Shown: in pieces, positions 26,182-37,897 of the stretch
How the letters are laid out: every line of letters starts with the position of its first letter
Numbering within the stretch: position 1 is the stretch's first letter
Origin: an uncultured bacterium
GTDB lineage: Bacteria; Patescibacteriota; Minisyncoccia; UBA6257; 2-01-FULL-56-20
NCBI GenBank assembly: GCA_963718575.1
Contig: OY970358.1
Span: 258,172 to 322,171, forward strand
Length of the DNA: 64,000 bases
Direction of reading: 5' to 3'
Program-made: the position numbers and the translations under genes
Notes under the pieces: generated by a model
Told to the model about the DNA's origin: nothing
Databases searched by the model: none
What the model saw: the letters and a program-made list of their open reading frames with translations, nothing else

Positions 26182-27888
26182 TTAATTGACGGTGACGTGG
26201 ATCTTTGAGGGATCGGATGGGATGCTCCAAAGCCATGAAGGCCACATGGAGATCTCGCCGTCGGCGAGGTTGGGAAGCGCGGCGATAGTGCTGCGCGCGG
26301 AAGCGATGCTCTGCCCTTCAATGCTCGTGGCGAACTCCGCCGCGATGAATGCCGGCTCAAGCTCGGCCTGCACGGAAAGCGCGAACTGCACCTGGCCGGT
26401 GGTAAAGTTCGGCGTCACGTCACTATAGCTCAGACTGATCGTTTTGAACGTTGAGCTTGCCTCCTGCGTCTGCGCGAGCGTGAGGAGATAGTTCTGCAAT
26501 CCCGTCTGGTCGAATCCGATCGCCTGGAGCGTCGCCACGCCGAAGACGGTGAAGTCGCCGTTCTCATCCGTACTCGTGTTCACGGTGAGCGTCGTGACCT
26601 GTATCTGGGTCGCGCCCGGCGCGATCTCAAAGTTGTTCGGATAGGTGCCGGAGAAACTGCTCGACACGCTTTGCGTGAGCATCGCAGTCGTGGACGCCTT
26701 CGCGCTCGCGATATCCGCCGCGGTGGGCGTTGCCCGTTGTCCTATAAAACCGCCGGTGGTGGATGCCGTGATCGCGCCGTAAAATCCCGCTTCGCGTCCG
26801 GGATCCTTGGCAAATCCCGGAATGGTAAGTTTTGCCACGGGGCCGACGTTATAATCCGGTCCGGCCTGGTCGGCAACGATCGGTGCGGTGATGGAGGACG
26901 GTGTAAGCGTTCCGCCGCTGTTCGTCTCTCCCGGGACGGTTACGTTTTGCGTAAGGCGGAAAATCTTCCCGTCCGGCGTGAGAAAGCGCGTCGTCGCCAC
27001 AAGCTCCTGGGATGCGGCGCTGTAATCGTTATATATAGTGATGCTCCCCTGCGCCTTCTGCGCGACCTGTTGCACTGACGACCCGGGGAATGACAGGGTG
27101 ACGTTCTTTGTGGCGGTAAATATCTGCGCGGGGATCGTATTGGTGGTGGGATCGATGCCAACCGCGCTCTTGCTCGCGGTAAAGTTTTCCTGATAGCTCC
27201 ATGGCATCTGTTTGAAGTTGATCGCAATGTCGGCATGGTCAAAGAACACGCTCGTCACATAGACCGCGACGGCCCCAAGAATGATGATGAGGATGATCGC
27301 CGTGACGGTTTTCCTGGGAAAGCCCCGGGGCTCGCGATCGTCGTCGAGATCGGGGGTCGCGTCAAAGAATCGATTGTGAATGGACGTCTCCTTTGCTCCG
27401 GTCATCTCCTCCGGTTCTTCTTCATCATCCTCATCATCGAGCGGACGCTCGGCGACGGGAGCCGCTTTTTTCCCATGCTTGTTCATCCTGACCGGCGTTG
27501 CTTTGGAATGCTGTTCTTTTTCTTCGTCGTCCTCCTCATCCTGGGCATCGTCGATGTCCGCGCGCAACGGCGTTGCTGCGTCTTCCTCGCGCCGCGGAAC
27601 GATATCTGAAAAACCGCCTGTTCCCCGGACGCCCTTCCATAACGGATGACTTGATTCGATCTTGCTCTCCTTGGCGAACGCAAGGATCGTATCGTCAACC
27701 GATTCAATGACGATACTGCGCCCGGCGGAATCCGCCTCACGCTTTAAAAGATGAAAATTGCTGACCGATCTGCCAAGCGCCGATCCTTTCGGAATGACGA
27801 TCGATATATCGCCGTCCGGTTCGTTCAATAATCGGTCGATGACCTCTGCGATCCCTTCGCTCTTATCTACAATGATCTTCTTCATTCC
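26182..27888 (-). CDS. Large single-pass membrane protein. It has a cytoplasmic N-terminal domain, an acidic linker, one transmembrane helix and a roughly 380-aa Thr/Ser/Ala-rich extracellular domain. The likely start is ATG at 27888 (MKKIIVDKSEG), not the longer ORF start.
   Basis: An AGGA ribosome-binding site before the 27888 ATG, a DDEDDEEE acidic stretch, and the transmembrane helix TAIILIIILGAVAVYVTSVFF. The gene immediately follows the actin-like ATPase gene. Confidence 0.45.
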   Translation of the reverse strand, partial: GMKKIIVDKSEGIAEVIDRLLNEPDGDISIVIPKGSALGRSVSNFHLLKREADSAGRSIVIESVDDTILAFAKESKIESSHPLWKGVRGTGGFSDIVPRREEDAATPLRADIDDAQDEEDDEEKEQHSKATPVRMNKHGKKAAPVAERPLDDEDDEEEPEEMTGAKETSIHNRFFDATPDLDDDREPRGFPRKTVTAIILIIILGAVAVYVTSVFFDHADIAINFKQMPWSYQENFTASKSAVGIDPTTNTIPAQIFTATKNVTLSFPGSSVQQVAQKAQGSITIYNDYSAASQELVATTRFLTPDGKIFRLTQNVTVPGETNSGGTLTPSSITAPIVADQAGPDYNVGPVAKLTIPGFAKDPGREAGFYGAITASTTGGFIGQRATPTAADIASAKASTTAMLTQSVSSSFSGTYPNNFEIAPGATQIQVTTLTVNTSTDENGDFTVFGVATLQAIGFDQTGLQNYLLTLAQTQEASSTFKTISLSYSDVTPNFTTGQVQFALSVQAELEPAFIAAEFATSIEGQSIASARSTIAALPNLADGEISMWPSWLWSIPSDPSKIHVTVN

Positions 27889-27904
27889 TAAAATTATATC
27901 ACAC

Positions 27905-29089
27905 TCAGTCCGCAAGCCAGTGCAGGCGCCGACGAAGCTTTTGGTTGATCTCCGAATTGCTCTTATCAAAATATGCCTCGATGAACGGCAGTATGTGGCG
28001 CGAGATGATCGCATCCGAACCGCACTGCTTCCCTTCCCGATCCGCAAAACCGAGCTGGGCCAATATTTCATTCAGCGGAAATCCTTCGAAGGTGGCAGAG
28101 CCGTGCTTATGCGGCAAAGCAAACGGCATATCATGTTCGGCATCCACATAGACGAAGCCCTTCAATTTCCCCCTCCCTACCTCTTTTAGAAACTCCTCGA
28201 CCGCAGGATCGATGAACTTCTTGAACGCGCGAGCAGCGGTCCCGGACATGGCTCCGCCAAGGTACGCGCGGTACATCTCCCGCGCGGCGCGGTCGCTCAC
28301 GCCAAGCTCCGCAGCGATGCGCACAAAGAGAACGTCGAAGCTCCACTGCATCTTTTCCCGATACAACACCGGATGCCCGTCCTTCGTTTTATCAAGCACG
28401 AAGAGCGCCGCGCCGCGCGGCCCTTCATCCACGATGAGGTTCAGCGGCAGCTTCCGGGCGCGCGCCAAAGAGGCCAGGCGCGCCTGCGCCGACTCGGCAA
28501 AGAAGAAATCCTCCGGCGCGTTGAAGAACTGCTTGAGGTCCTCGAAGAGCGCGCGCCCGGCGAACGTAAGCTCAAGCAATAATGAAATTTTCTTTCCGGT
28601 GAAGCCGACCGGATTCACCACCAGGTGCCCGTCCACTTTGAAGTTGCGCGCCTTCGCCCCGACCATGATCGTGTCGATCTCATGGATGCCGAGACGCTTC
28701 GCCGCTTCGCTCCGGCACTGGTTGAAAATCTTCCCCATCGCCTGAGCGATCAAATTTTCGAGCTCCGGCAGGATCACTTCGCTCGCCACCACGTCGTGTT
28801 CGCGCGACAGGTCAAGCGGGATCGGGATCGTCGTCGCAAGCGCGGAGTCCACGGCGGCGACCACCTTGCGGTGTGCCTTAAAAAAATAATTTCCTTCCCA
28901 TGATTTCTGCGTCACGCTCCGCATCGGCGACGCGAAGAACTTCTTGAGATCGATGTTCCTTACCCTTTTTTCAAAAATGATGTTCTTATCTTCGTCAACG
29001 CTTAAAAATAATCCGTCCGTGCCCGCGGGAGCTATCGCAAGTATCAAAAACTTTTCCCGGGGTTTGAAGAGAATTGGCTTCTTCACCAT
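27905..29089 (-). CDS. Actin-fold ATPase of the FtsA/PilM family.
   Basis: An N-terminal phosphate-1-like LAIAPAGTDGLFLSV, KVDGHLVVNPVGFTGKK (compare FtsA IKNPVG), and a phosphate-2-like LNLIVDEGPRGAALFVLD. Confidence 0.4.
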   Translation of the reverse strand: MVKKPILFKPREKFLILAIAPAGTDGLFLSVDEDKNIIFEKRVRNIDLKKFFASPMRSVTQKSWEGNYFFKAHRKVVAAVDSALATTIPIPLDLSREHDVVASEVILPELENLIAQAMGKIFNQCRSEAAKRLGIHEIDTIMVGAKARNFKVDGHLVVNPVGFTGKKISLLLELTFAGRALFEDLKQFFNAPEDFFFAESAQARLASLARARKLPLNLIVDEGPRGAALFVLDKTKDGHPVLYREKMQWSFDVLFVRIAAELGVSDRAAREMYRAYLGGAMSGTAARAFKKFIDPAVEEFLKEVGRGKLKGFVYVDAEHDMPFALPHKHGSATFEGFPLNEILAQLGFADREGKQCGSDAIISRHILPFIEAYFDKSNSEINQKLRRRLHWLAD

Positions 29090-29107
29090 TTCAGTTTAGC
29101 ACAAAAA

Positions 29108-31006
29108 TCATTCGATCACCCCGCGAATGCGCCGGATCCCCGCCGCGACCGCCTCCTCTTTTGCGATTTTGAAATGCCCGATCTCACCGGTATGCGATAC
29201 ATGCGGCCCGCCGCAGAATTCGATGGAGAATGCTTTGTCGAATTGCGGATGCTCAAGTGTGGCATCCTTCGGTCCGATGGAATAGACCGACACCCGCGCC
29301 GGATATTTCTGCCCGAACTCGTGTTCGGCGCCAAGCTTCTCGGCATCCTCGAGCGCCATCTCGCTCCGGATCACCGGCAGATCCTCCGCGATCTTTTCAT
29401 TCACGATCTTCTCGACGGCTGCTTTCTGCTCATCCGTCAGTTTTGCGTCATGCAAGTAGTCGAGGCGCAAGCGCTCGCTCGTAATGTTGCTTCCCCGCTG
29501 CTTAACCCTCGGGCCGAGCACCTGCTGAAGCGCTCTTAATAATAGATGATGCGTGGTGTGCAACCGCACGGTCTTCTCGGACGTATCCGCCAGACCGCCC
29601 TTGAACGTGCCGGCTGCAGCCGTGCGGGAAAGATCGCGATGTTTAGTGAACTCGCGTTCGAACTCTTCTTTGTTGATCTTGATCCCCTTTTCCGTCGCCA
29701 TCTCTTGCGTAAGTTCCCATGGAAATCCATAGCTTTGATAAAGATCGAACGCGTCCTTGCCGGTGATTGTGCCGCTCGTCTCGCGTTTTTTAAATTCTTT
29801 TAATCCTTCATCCACCGCCGCCATGAACTTCGCGAACTCTTCGGCGATAATCTTTGTGATGCTGTCCGCGTCATCGGCGATATTGCTATAGCTATCCTTA
29901 TAAAGACCGGCTAAAACACCAACGGTCTTTTTTACCCATCCATACTCCGGCTTTAGCGACATCGAAAAAAGTGCGGCACGACGGAGCAAACGACGTAGCA
30001 CGTATCCCTGTCCTTTATTGGACGGCAACACGCCGTCGCCGATCAAGAATACCGATGCGCGCATGTGATCCAAAATGACGCGTATCTTACGCACGCCTTC
30101 TTCCGTCTCCATGAATGCGGGATCGAGAGTAAAGACCTCCGCCATCTTCCTGAAAACGTCGATATGAAAAATATCCGAGTCGCCGTTCGTTGCCGCAGTG
30201 ATGCGCTCCAGCCCTCCACCGAAATCCACGTTGCGCTGGGCGAGCTTTTCGAACGAACCATCGGTGCGCTTTTTGTATTCCATAAACACGCTGTTGCCGA
30301 TCTCGAGGAAGCGGCCGCAGTCGCAGTTCGGATGGCATTGCGCCCCGAACTTCGTGTCATGAGGCGTCCCAAAATCATAGAATACTTCCGAGTCCGGACC
30401 ACCAGGTTCGCCTGCGGGCATTTTTGACGGCACGCCCGCCCGTGACCACCAGTTCTTTTTTACGTCGTATGAAAAAATGCGGCCGCCTTGCATGCCGATG
30501 GCACTGCCGTTAGCCTCGGAACCGAGCTGAACATATTTTGCGTCGATGTCTTTGGAGAGGAAGAGTTCCTTCCAGATCTTCACTGACTCGTCGTCGGCGG
30601 GAATTTCCATCTCCGAATCCCCCGCGAACACCGTCACATATAAGTTCATCGGATCGAGGCCGACGCCTGCCTTTGGGTCCGCTAAAAACTCAAAGAACCA
30701 GGTAAGCTGATTCTGTTTGAAATAATCGCCGAGCGACCAGTTACCGAGCATCTCGAAAAACGTGGTGTGGCGATTGTCGCCTACTTCGTCGATATCGTCG
30801 GCGCGGAAGCTCTTTTGCGAGTTCGTGATGCGCTTGCCTTCCGGATGCGGCTGGCCGAGCAGGTATGGCACGAGCGGCTGCATGCCCGAGCTCGTGAATA
30901 GTGTCGTCGGATCGTTCTCCGGCACGAGCGACGCCGAAGGCACCACCACGTGTCCGCGGGCTTTGAAAAACGCCAGATATCGGGAACGGACTTCGGATAA
31001 GGTCAT
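29108..31006 (-). CDS. alaS: Alanine--tRNA ligase, short form of 632 aa. It has the aminoacylation and editing domains and lacks the C-terminal C-Ala domain.
   Basis: N-terminal class II core motifs, the editing-domain zinc motifs HTTHHLL and CGGPHV, and a C-terminus that ends soon after them. Confidence 0.85.
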   Translation of the reverse strand: MTLSEVRSRYLAFFKARGHVVVPSASLVPENDPTTLFTSSGMQPLVPYLLGQPHPEGKRITNSQKSFRADDIDEVGDNRHTTFFEMLGNWSLGDYFKQNQLTWFFEFLADPKAGVGLDPMNLYVTVFAGDSEMEIPADDESVKIWKELFLSKDIDAKYVQLGSEANGSAIGMQGGRIFSYDVKKNWWSRAGVPSKMPAGEPGGPDSEVFYDFGTPHDTKFGAQCHPNCDCGRFLEIGNSVFMEYKKRTDGSFEKLAQRNVDFGGGLERITAATNGDSDIFHIDVFRKMAEVFTLDPAFMETEEGVRKIRVILDHMRASVFLIGDGVLPSNKGQGYVLRRLLRRAALFSMSLKPEYGWVKKTVGVLAGLYKDSYSNIADDADSITKIIAEEFAKFMAAVDEGLKEFKKRETSGTITGKDAFDLYQSYGFPWELTQEMATEKGIKINKEEFEREFTKHRDLSRTAAAGTFKGGLADTSEKTVRLHTTHHLLLRALQQVLGPRVKQRGSNITSERLRLDYLHDAKLTDEQKAAVEKIVNEKIAEDLPVIRSEMALEDAEKLGAEHEFGQKYPARVSVYSIGPKDATLEHPQFDKAFSIEFCGGPHVSHTGEIGHFKIAKEEAVAAGIRRIRGVIE

Positions 31007-31137
31007 AAGGCCTATATTAATTGATTTCGGGATGTTCTGCCAGATACGCGTCGCGGATGTAGACGCCGAGCGTCAGAGCCATTTCAGTACAAACGTAAAT
31101 TGCTCCGCGGAGATGTAGGGATTTGAATAATTCCGCG

Positions 31138-31208
31138 TAGCCAAAATACCCTTTTCTTTTTGGACCTAGATATAAGAACAACAGTCCAAAAAGAAAAGGG
31201 TATTTTGG

Positions 31209-31211
<3 letters not shown>
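31138..31211. repeat. Perfect 28-bp inverted repeat with an 18-nt spacer. The right arm contains the rpoD stop codon.
   Basis: tagccaaaatacccttttctttttggac ...18 nt... gtccaaaaagaaaagggtattttggcta. It lies between the rpoD stop and the alaS promoter region. Confidence 0.85.
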
Positions 31212-32519
<1,308 letters not shown>

Positions 32520-32614
32520 AGGAATATATACGCCATTATGCGCTCTTTATTACTAATTTGCAAGGGAAGAGACGGCAGATTGGCGGGATCGCTGCAACAT
32601 GTCGCACCGGATTT

Positions 32615-33895
32615 TTATTGCCCGGAATTATAAAGGGCTTGGATTTCTGTGGCAGAAAGGGCGCTATTATAAATACGAACATCGTCGATGAGACCGAGAA
32701 ACTGATCGCTTGAAGGAAATGAAATGGTCGTACTGCGACCTAATTGCACGTTATCAGCGTTTGTTGTGATGCTCCCCGAAAATGCTACAGAATTTATAAG
32801 CGAGCCATCTATATAGATGTATAAATTTGAACCATCCCAAACCCCTACTGCCTGATGCCAGATCCCGTTGTTATAGGTTCCGCTGGTTACGGCTTGCGTC
32901 CATCCACTGGCATTTTTTGCCCTGAACGATACTATCCCCACCGCGTTTGTGTCTCCCCCGATATCAAGCTGCCATCCGCCGGCCGACGAACTTCCCGTAT
33001 CTTTACCCTTGATCACCAGGGGGCCAGACTGTGTCGCCGAAGATGAATTGAACCAGCAACTGACCGTGATAGCGCTAAATCCATTGGTGAACGATGAACT
33101 GCTTATGTAGACATATGTGCTTGCCCCATCAAATGTTCCGGCCCATGTCTGATCATGTCCGGCAGAGTAGTATCCGCTCGTCCCAACTTGAGAACCAGCC
33201 CATGTTCCCGTTGCATTGTTTACGCTCAAATCAATCGCCGAGCTTCCGCTTCCCTCGTTAAGCTTATACCATCCTACAAGCCCCGTATTATAACTTGGCA
33301 CGGCAAGTGATATATTGCTCCCTTGCGTGAAATATCCGGGAATGGAATTCGCCTGAGCGCTTTGTGCATACTTTGAGCTTTCCGGTATTGCCCACATCTC
33401 CCATTGCGTCCCGTTCGTGGCATACTCGTAATAGAGACCGGAACTTGTGCTATTGATGGGATCGATGGGCAGCGTGGAAAGCGTTGAACCGATGCTTTGC
33501 CCCGCAAAATTCACCGGAACCCATCCCGTACCGTTCACGGCCGTATACGTGGACGGCGGAGCGCATCCATACGTCAGTCCGGAAGGCAGGATGGGAAGCC
33601 CCAAGTCAGAGCAGGTGGGCGAACTATCGGGGATGGAAATATAAACGACCGATGAGCTTCCAAGCGAGAGTCCGTTCGTCTGCAAGAGGGCAATGGATTC
33701 ATTGAGGGAGTTCAGGGCGGCGACACGATTGGAATCCCTTGATTGGCGCAGTAATTCGGCGGGGTTCAGGGTAAGCACGATAACCACCGCCAAAACTGCG
33801 ATGATGGCAATGACAACCAGAAGCTCGATGAGGGTGAACCCCGCGATGAGCCTTCCTTTATAATTTTTTTGTTGTTTCTTCGTTTTCTGCTTCAT
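32615..33895 (-). CDS. Type IV pilin-like protein (prepilin N-terminal methylation domain) with a C-terminal LamG/concanavalin-A-like lectin domain.
   Basis: GFTLIELLVVIAIIAVLA, the class III signal, lies at the N-terminus. The C-terminus carries ...FLGLIDDVRIYNSALSATEIQALY, a LamG-type motif. Confidence 0.7.
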   Translation of the reverse strand: MKQKTKKQQKNYKGRLIAGFTLIELLVVIAIIAVLAVVIVLTLNPAELLRQSRDSNRVAALNSLNESIALLQTNGLSLGSSSVVYISIPDSSPTCSDLGLPILPSGLTYGCAPPSTYTAVNGTGWVPVNFAGQSIGSTLSTLPIDPINSTSSGLYYEYATNGTQWEMWAIPESSKYAQSAQANSIPGYFTQGSNISLAVPSYNTGLVGWYKLNEGSGSSAIDLSVNNATGTWAGSQVGTSGYYSAGHDQTWAGTFDGASTYVYISSSSFTNGFSAITVSCWFNSSSATQSGPLVIKGKDTGSSSAGGWQLDIGGDTNAVGIVSFRAKNASGWTQAVTSGTYNNGIWHQAVGVWDGSNLYIYIDGSLINSVAFSGSITTNADNVQLGRSTTISFPSSDQFLGLIDDVRIYNSALSATEIQALYNSGQ

Positions 33896-34006
33896 AGGCG
33901 AAAACCGCTGGACAATATTTCTTCTTTTTCCTATCCGATCGCGGATACCTTTTTTATGTTGAGGCTGAATGTTTATTTACAATGTTTAGCATCTCATTAT
34001 TCCGGC

Positions 34007-34624
34007 TTAGTTTGGCCCGATGTTCACCGTATCCCCCACTTTTATATGGTATTCTGCAACGGTACCGGAGTTCACCTCAAGAACCTTGTCCACGTTCAGC
34101 GGTGAAGTATAGATGGTCAGATCCCAGGGCTGCGTGCCGGATGCAGGCGCCGGGATGTCCGTCGTAACCCCGGCGATAGTGTTGCCACTGATCCAGATCA
34201 TGTCCAACGGGAAATTCATATCCTTCATCCAGAACGTCTGGACCGATCCCTTTCCAAAAACGAACAGCATTCCATCGTCCACGCCGAGCGACGGGCGGAA
34301 TGAAAGTCCGCGCGTCTGCTCGATCGTCGTGGATGCCACCTCAACACTGAAGGTAACCCCGTCAATACCGAGCGGTTCGGTCTCGAGCAGAGGATTTTCT
34401 CCATTATTGTCCGCGGCATCCGAATCGATGGTATTCGAAGAATCGGCGCCGCTCGATGAAGAAACACTCTGTATTGAAACGTTCACACGGGGCAATGGCG
34501 GGTTCGCCCGACCAAAGAACGCGTACCACCAGATGCCCACAATGAACGCGAACACGAGCAGTGCGATAGCGATGGTGAGCGTGGTCATTTTTTTATCGGG
34601 TGACATTACTCTATATATTAACAT
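34007..34624 (-). CDS. DUF192 (COG1430) family secreted or membrane protein.
   Basis: GLSFRPSLGVDDGMLFVFGKGSVQTFWMKDMNFPLDMIWI matches the DUF192 signature. Confidence 0.55.
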   Translation of the reverse strand: MLIYRVMSPDKKMTTLTIAIALLVFAFIVGIWWYAFFGRANPPLPRVNVSIQSVSSSSGADSSNTIDSDAADNNGENPLLETEPLGIDGVTFSVEVASTTIEQTRGLSFRPSLGVDDGMLFVFGKGSVQTFWMKDMNFPLDMIWISGNTIAGVTTDIPAPASGTQPWDLTIYTSPLNVDKVLEVNSGTVAEYHIKVGDTVNIGPN

Positions 34625-35135
34625 CTGACGGGCGGGCGGCGCTATTTAGGGCGGCCCTCCCAAACCGCAGACCGAACGCCACGATGCCGAACGCGACGGC
34701 GACGTTCAGCGATTCCTTCTTCCCTAACATCGGAATCTCGAGGATGCGATCCACGGCGCGCAGGATGGACGGCGGCAATCCCTTCACTTCATTACCCACG
34801 ATGACGGCCACGCGCGCATCGGCGCGCAACCTCCGCGCGGCGTCGTAGTACGGCACCGATCGCCTGGATTGCTCAAGTGCAAATATTTCATAGTCGTCCT
34901 TTTTTAACCGCCTGACCACCTCCGCCGTCGTCTCCGCAGATTCCCAGGGAATATAGCTCTCCGCACCGAGCGCGACCTTCGCAAAATCCGCGCGCACTTC
35001 CTTAAAGCGGTCGAGCGGCGCGGGCGTGATCCCGCAGAGGAATATCTTCGTGACGCCGGCGGCATCCGCAGTGCGGAAGATCGAGCCCACATTGTGGACG
35101 CTCCGGATGTCGTGCGCGATGACGGCGAGTTCCAT
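34611..35135 (-). CDS. SpoU/TrmH-family RNA 2'-O-methyltransferase.
   Basis: VIAHDIRSVHNVGSIFRTADAAG...VAVIVGNEVKGLPPSIL...LEIPMLGKKESLNVAVAFGIVAF fits the SPOUT fold. Confidence 0.7.
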   Translation of the reverse strand: MELAVIAHDIRSVHNVGSIFRTADAAGVTKIFLCGITPAPLDRFKEVRADFAKVALGAESYIPWESAETTAEVVRRLKKDDYEIFALEQSRRSVPYYDAARRLRADARVAVIVGNEVKGLPPSILRAVDRILEIPMLGKKESLNVAVAFGIVAFGLRFGRAALNSAARPSDVNI

Positions 35136-35170
35136 TCCTCTATGATATCACGCGGTGCGCGCCGAAAACG

Positions 35171-37246
35171 TTAGTTCGAGAGCAACACTCCCGTGTCGCC
35201 CGTCACCGTAAACCTTGCATTGACGAGCGACGGGTCGCCGAACAAACCTCCGACAGTATCCGTTGCCGTTCCATAGAACTGCACGCTTGCGTCGGTGGAA
35301 GGGTTCCCCGTGCTCATATTGAATACCCAATGGTATTGATGATCCGGATGCAATACAAGCGGCGACGATGCAAATGTGAATATAGGAGTACCCGCACACG
35401 AATAGCCGCTGAAATCATTATCGCTCGGTGTCATGCCAAGGGAAGATAACGCATATTCATCGAACACCTGCAGGCCGCATTCCACCACTTCGGGACTCCG
35501 GGCGCCCGTTCCAAAATTTGCAGTGAACAATTCAATCGACCGGAGGGTGGAGGTGGCGGACACGGTAAAATATTGGTGCGCATAACTGAGCCCCGGGCTG
35601 AGAATATACGGGACAAACCCCGGAGGGAAATTCCATGTGGTGGTTGCTATGGCGGAGACGCCGCCATAATTGTCCTTGGCGCGGATGCCGATAAGATACG
35701 AGTTTCCCGTTATTACCGGAATCGAACCTGGCGTGGTCCAACCATCGTCAGAAAGCGATGTCGATGTGGAATAATTCATTTCGTAGCGGAGCGGGTTACC
35801 CGGCCAATCCGGATCGGTGGACGTTGACCAGGAAGGGTTCAGTTGCATGCCGAGCTCATCAAAATTCGCCGTGAGGTTCGTCGGTGTTGTGAGAGGCGGC
35901 GGAGTGAGCGTTGATGTAGCGGGGACACCATCCATTTCCATGAAAGGGAAAAATGGCATGGTGTATCCCACATCGCCGGCGCCGTAAATGAATCTATCCC
36001 ACATCGCCACGCCGGTGGTGGTTGTCGCCGTGCCGGCAAGGATCACGCTGCAATTCTGGAACCCCTGCAAAGTGGTAATACGATAATAAAAGTAGGGCTT
36101 GAGCTGGATGGAGAGTCCGGAAAACGTCGTCGTTACCATGGCAGATGTAAATGACGTATTGATCGAAATCGGAAATTCCTGCACTAGTACGGCATAGTTT
36201 TTATCTTTGAATTCCTGAAGGGTGACTTGCGATGCAGAGTAACGCGAACAATTTACATTGCCTTCGAGTATGAGGGAATCCAGCGTACCCGAGAATCCAC
36301 TGCCCAGCTCAAACCAATTATCGCCATACCAGCTCCACGGGGAGGCGGTACTGTCGTCGGATTGTTGGAAAAGAATACCGCTTGAGGTCGCTGTCGAAGC
36401 GTCCGCGGGGTCGCTTGATGTGCTTGTCGATATGGTACTGGTGGCAGTACTTGTCTGAGCAGGAGCGTCCGATATTTCGATCGTTGAGGTTGATGGCGAA
36501 GGCGGCGCTGCCGGGACGGACGACCCGCCGCTATTGCCATTGCCAACGATTACGGAAACACCGCCCGACGGAACATGGCTGCTGCTCGATGCGGGGATAT
36601 CCACATTGATGCTCGCGATCGTGGTTGTGGTCACGCTCGCGACGATATCGGTGGCGGTAGCGTCCTCATCATCGCCATTGTCCGAAAGATACCACTTCCC
36701 CGCCGTCATGTTCGTATATCCAGAGATCGGCTCGGGGTCGTACGCAGAAAAAGTTCCGTCGGCATTCATGGTGTCCATGGCAAAATGGAGATGCGTGCCG
36801 GGATGATCCGCGCATGCAAAACCGGCAACCAGCCCGGTATCGCCAATGAGTCCGATCGCCTGACCCTGCCGAATAATCGTGCCGGTCGCGACGATGGTGA
36901 TGCTGTCCGGTATGAGATGCGCATATCGGCTCACGATATTCCCGCCGTGATCGATAATCAGCTCCGTGCCGTATCCCCCGTTATAGCCTTCCTGGCTCAG
37001 AAACATCACCCTCCCCGAAGCAGCCGCGACCGCCTGCATCCCGTATGCATCGCAACCGTTCCGGGTAAGATCCAACGCGTAGCTGTCTTTTTTTATATGA
37101 GTAGGCGGAGTCTCATATCCTTGCGTCACCACAAAGCTCTGCCCTTTTGCATAGGGAAGCTTGACGGAAGCCACTGCGGCAAGCGAATGCCCGGGAACAA
37201 CGAGCGTAGCGCATACCGCCATGATAATGATGGACGATTTTTTCAT
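35171..37246 (-). CDS. Secreted M23 peptidase fused to a roughly 500-aa Ser/Thr-rich extracellular domain.
   Basis: A signal peptide, then YGTELIIDHGGNIVSRYAHL...GDTGLVAGFACADHPGTHLHFAM with the HxxxD and HxH motifs. The long C-terminal part has low complexity. Confidence 0.65.
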   Translation of the reverse strand: MKKSSIIIMAVCATLVVPGHSLAAVASVKLPYAKGQSFVVTQGYETPPTHIKKDSYALDLTRNGCDAYGMQAVAAASGRVMFLSQEGYNGGYGTELIIDHGGNIVSRYAHLIPDSITIVATGTIIRQGQAIGLIGDTGLVAGFACADHPGTHLHFAMDTMNADGTFSAYDPEPISGYTNMTAGKWYLSDNGDDEDATATDIVASVTTTTIASINVDIPASSSSHVPSGGVSVIVGNGNSGGSSVPAAPPSPSTSTIEISDAPAQTSTATSTISTSTSSDPADASTATSSGILFQQSDDSTASPWSWYGDNWFELGSGFSGTLDSLILEGNVNCSRYSASQVTLQEFKDKNYAVLVQEFPISINTSFTSAMVTTTFSGLSIQLKPYFYYRITTLQGFQNCSVILAGTATTTTGVAMWDRFIYGAGDVGYTMPFFPFMEMDGVPATSTLTPPPLTTPTNLTANFDELGMQLNPSWSTSTDPDWPGNPLRYEMNYSTSTSLSDDGWTTPGSIPVITGNSYLIGIRAKDNYGGVSAIATTTWNFPPGFVPYILSPGLSYAHQYFTVSATSTLRSIELFTANFGTGARSPEVVECGLQVFDEYALSSLGMTPSDNDFSGYSCAGTPIFTFASSPLVLHPDHQYHWVFNMSTGNPSTDASVQFYGTATDTVGGLFGDPSLVNARFTVTGDTGVLLSN

Positions 37247-37262
37247 AGGATGACAAGAAAGA

Positions 37263-37889
37263 TCAGATTTTTAATCCCGATAAAAATGCTTGGAGCATAT
37301 CGCTGCAGGGTGCGGATCCGTCGGCGCCTTCGCCCACTACCGACGGCGCGATCTCGTACGCATGGCTCGCGTTGAATACATAGACGAGCGTCGTCGGAAT
37401 ACCGTCGATCGTTCCCGTCCATTGCACTCCGGTGCCCCCGTTCGGCGAAATATCCTCGCTTGATTGTTCGACGACGGTCAGGCTCGGATCGGCGCCGATT
37501 CGATGCGATATCCAATCCGCCATATCGGTATCCGGCGGGAACGGAAACGCCGACACTTCTATCTTGCACGGTGCATACGCCGATGACGTGTCGGGGTGCA
37601 CCGCAACAGTGTCCGTTGCTGTTTGCTCGACGCTCCAGCTCGCGGGAATGTCCATCGTGTATCCGTCGTGAGAAAATGTTTGCATTGCGACATCGGGCGA
37701 TACCGTTTCACTCGCAGAATTATCCTGCTGTGCACTCACATCCTCCGGCTGTGCCATCGCATTCGATCCCGTCCCGGATGCCTGCATACTTCCCGCGCCG
37801 AGATGTTCGGTGACGAGAAACGTCCCGCCCGCGACCGTCGCGGCGATGAGCCCCCAGAGAACAATGATCCCTCGTGATTGTTTTTTCAT
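37263..37889 (-). CDS. Secreted hypothetical protein, likely starting at ATG 37889 (MKKQSRGIIVLWGLIAATVAGG).
   Basis: A signal-peptide-like N-terminus and no known domain. The supplied ORF (37263..38165) has a long, implausible N-terminal extension. Confidence 0.4.
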   Translation of the reverse strand: MKKQSRGIIVLWGLIAATVAGGTFLVTEHLGAGSMQASGTGSNAMAQPEDVSAQQDNSASETVSPDVAMQTFSHDGYTMDIPASWSVEQTATDTVAVHPDTSSAYAPCKIEVSAFPFPPDTDMADWISHRIGADPSLTVVEQSSEDISPNGGTGVQWTGTIDGIPTTLVYVFNASHAYEIAPSVVGEGADGSAPCSDMLQAFLSGLKI

Positions 37890-37897
37890 ATCGTTTT

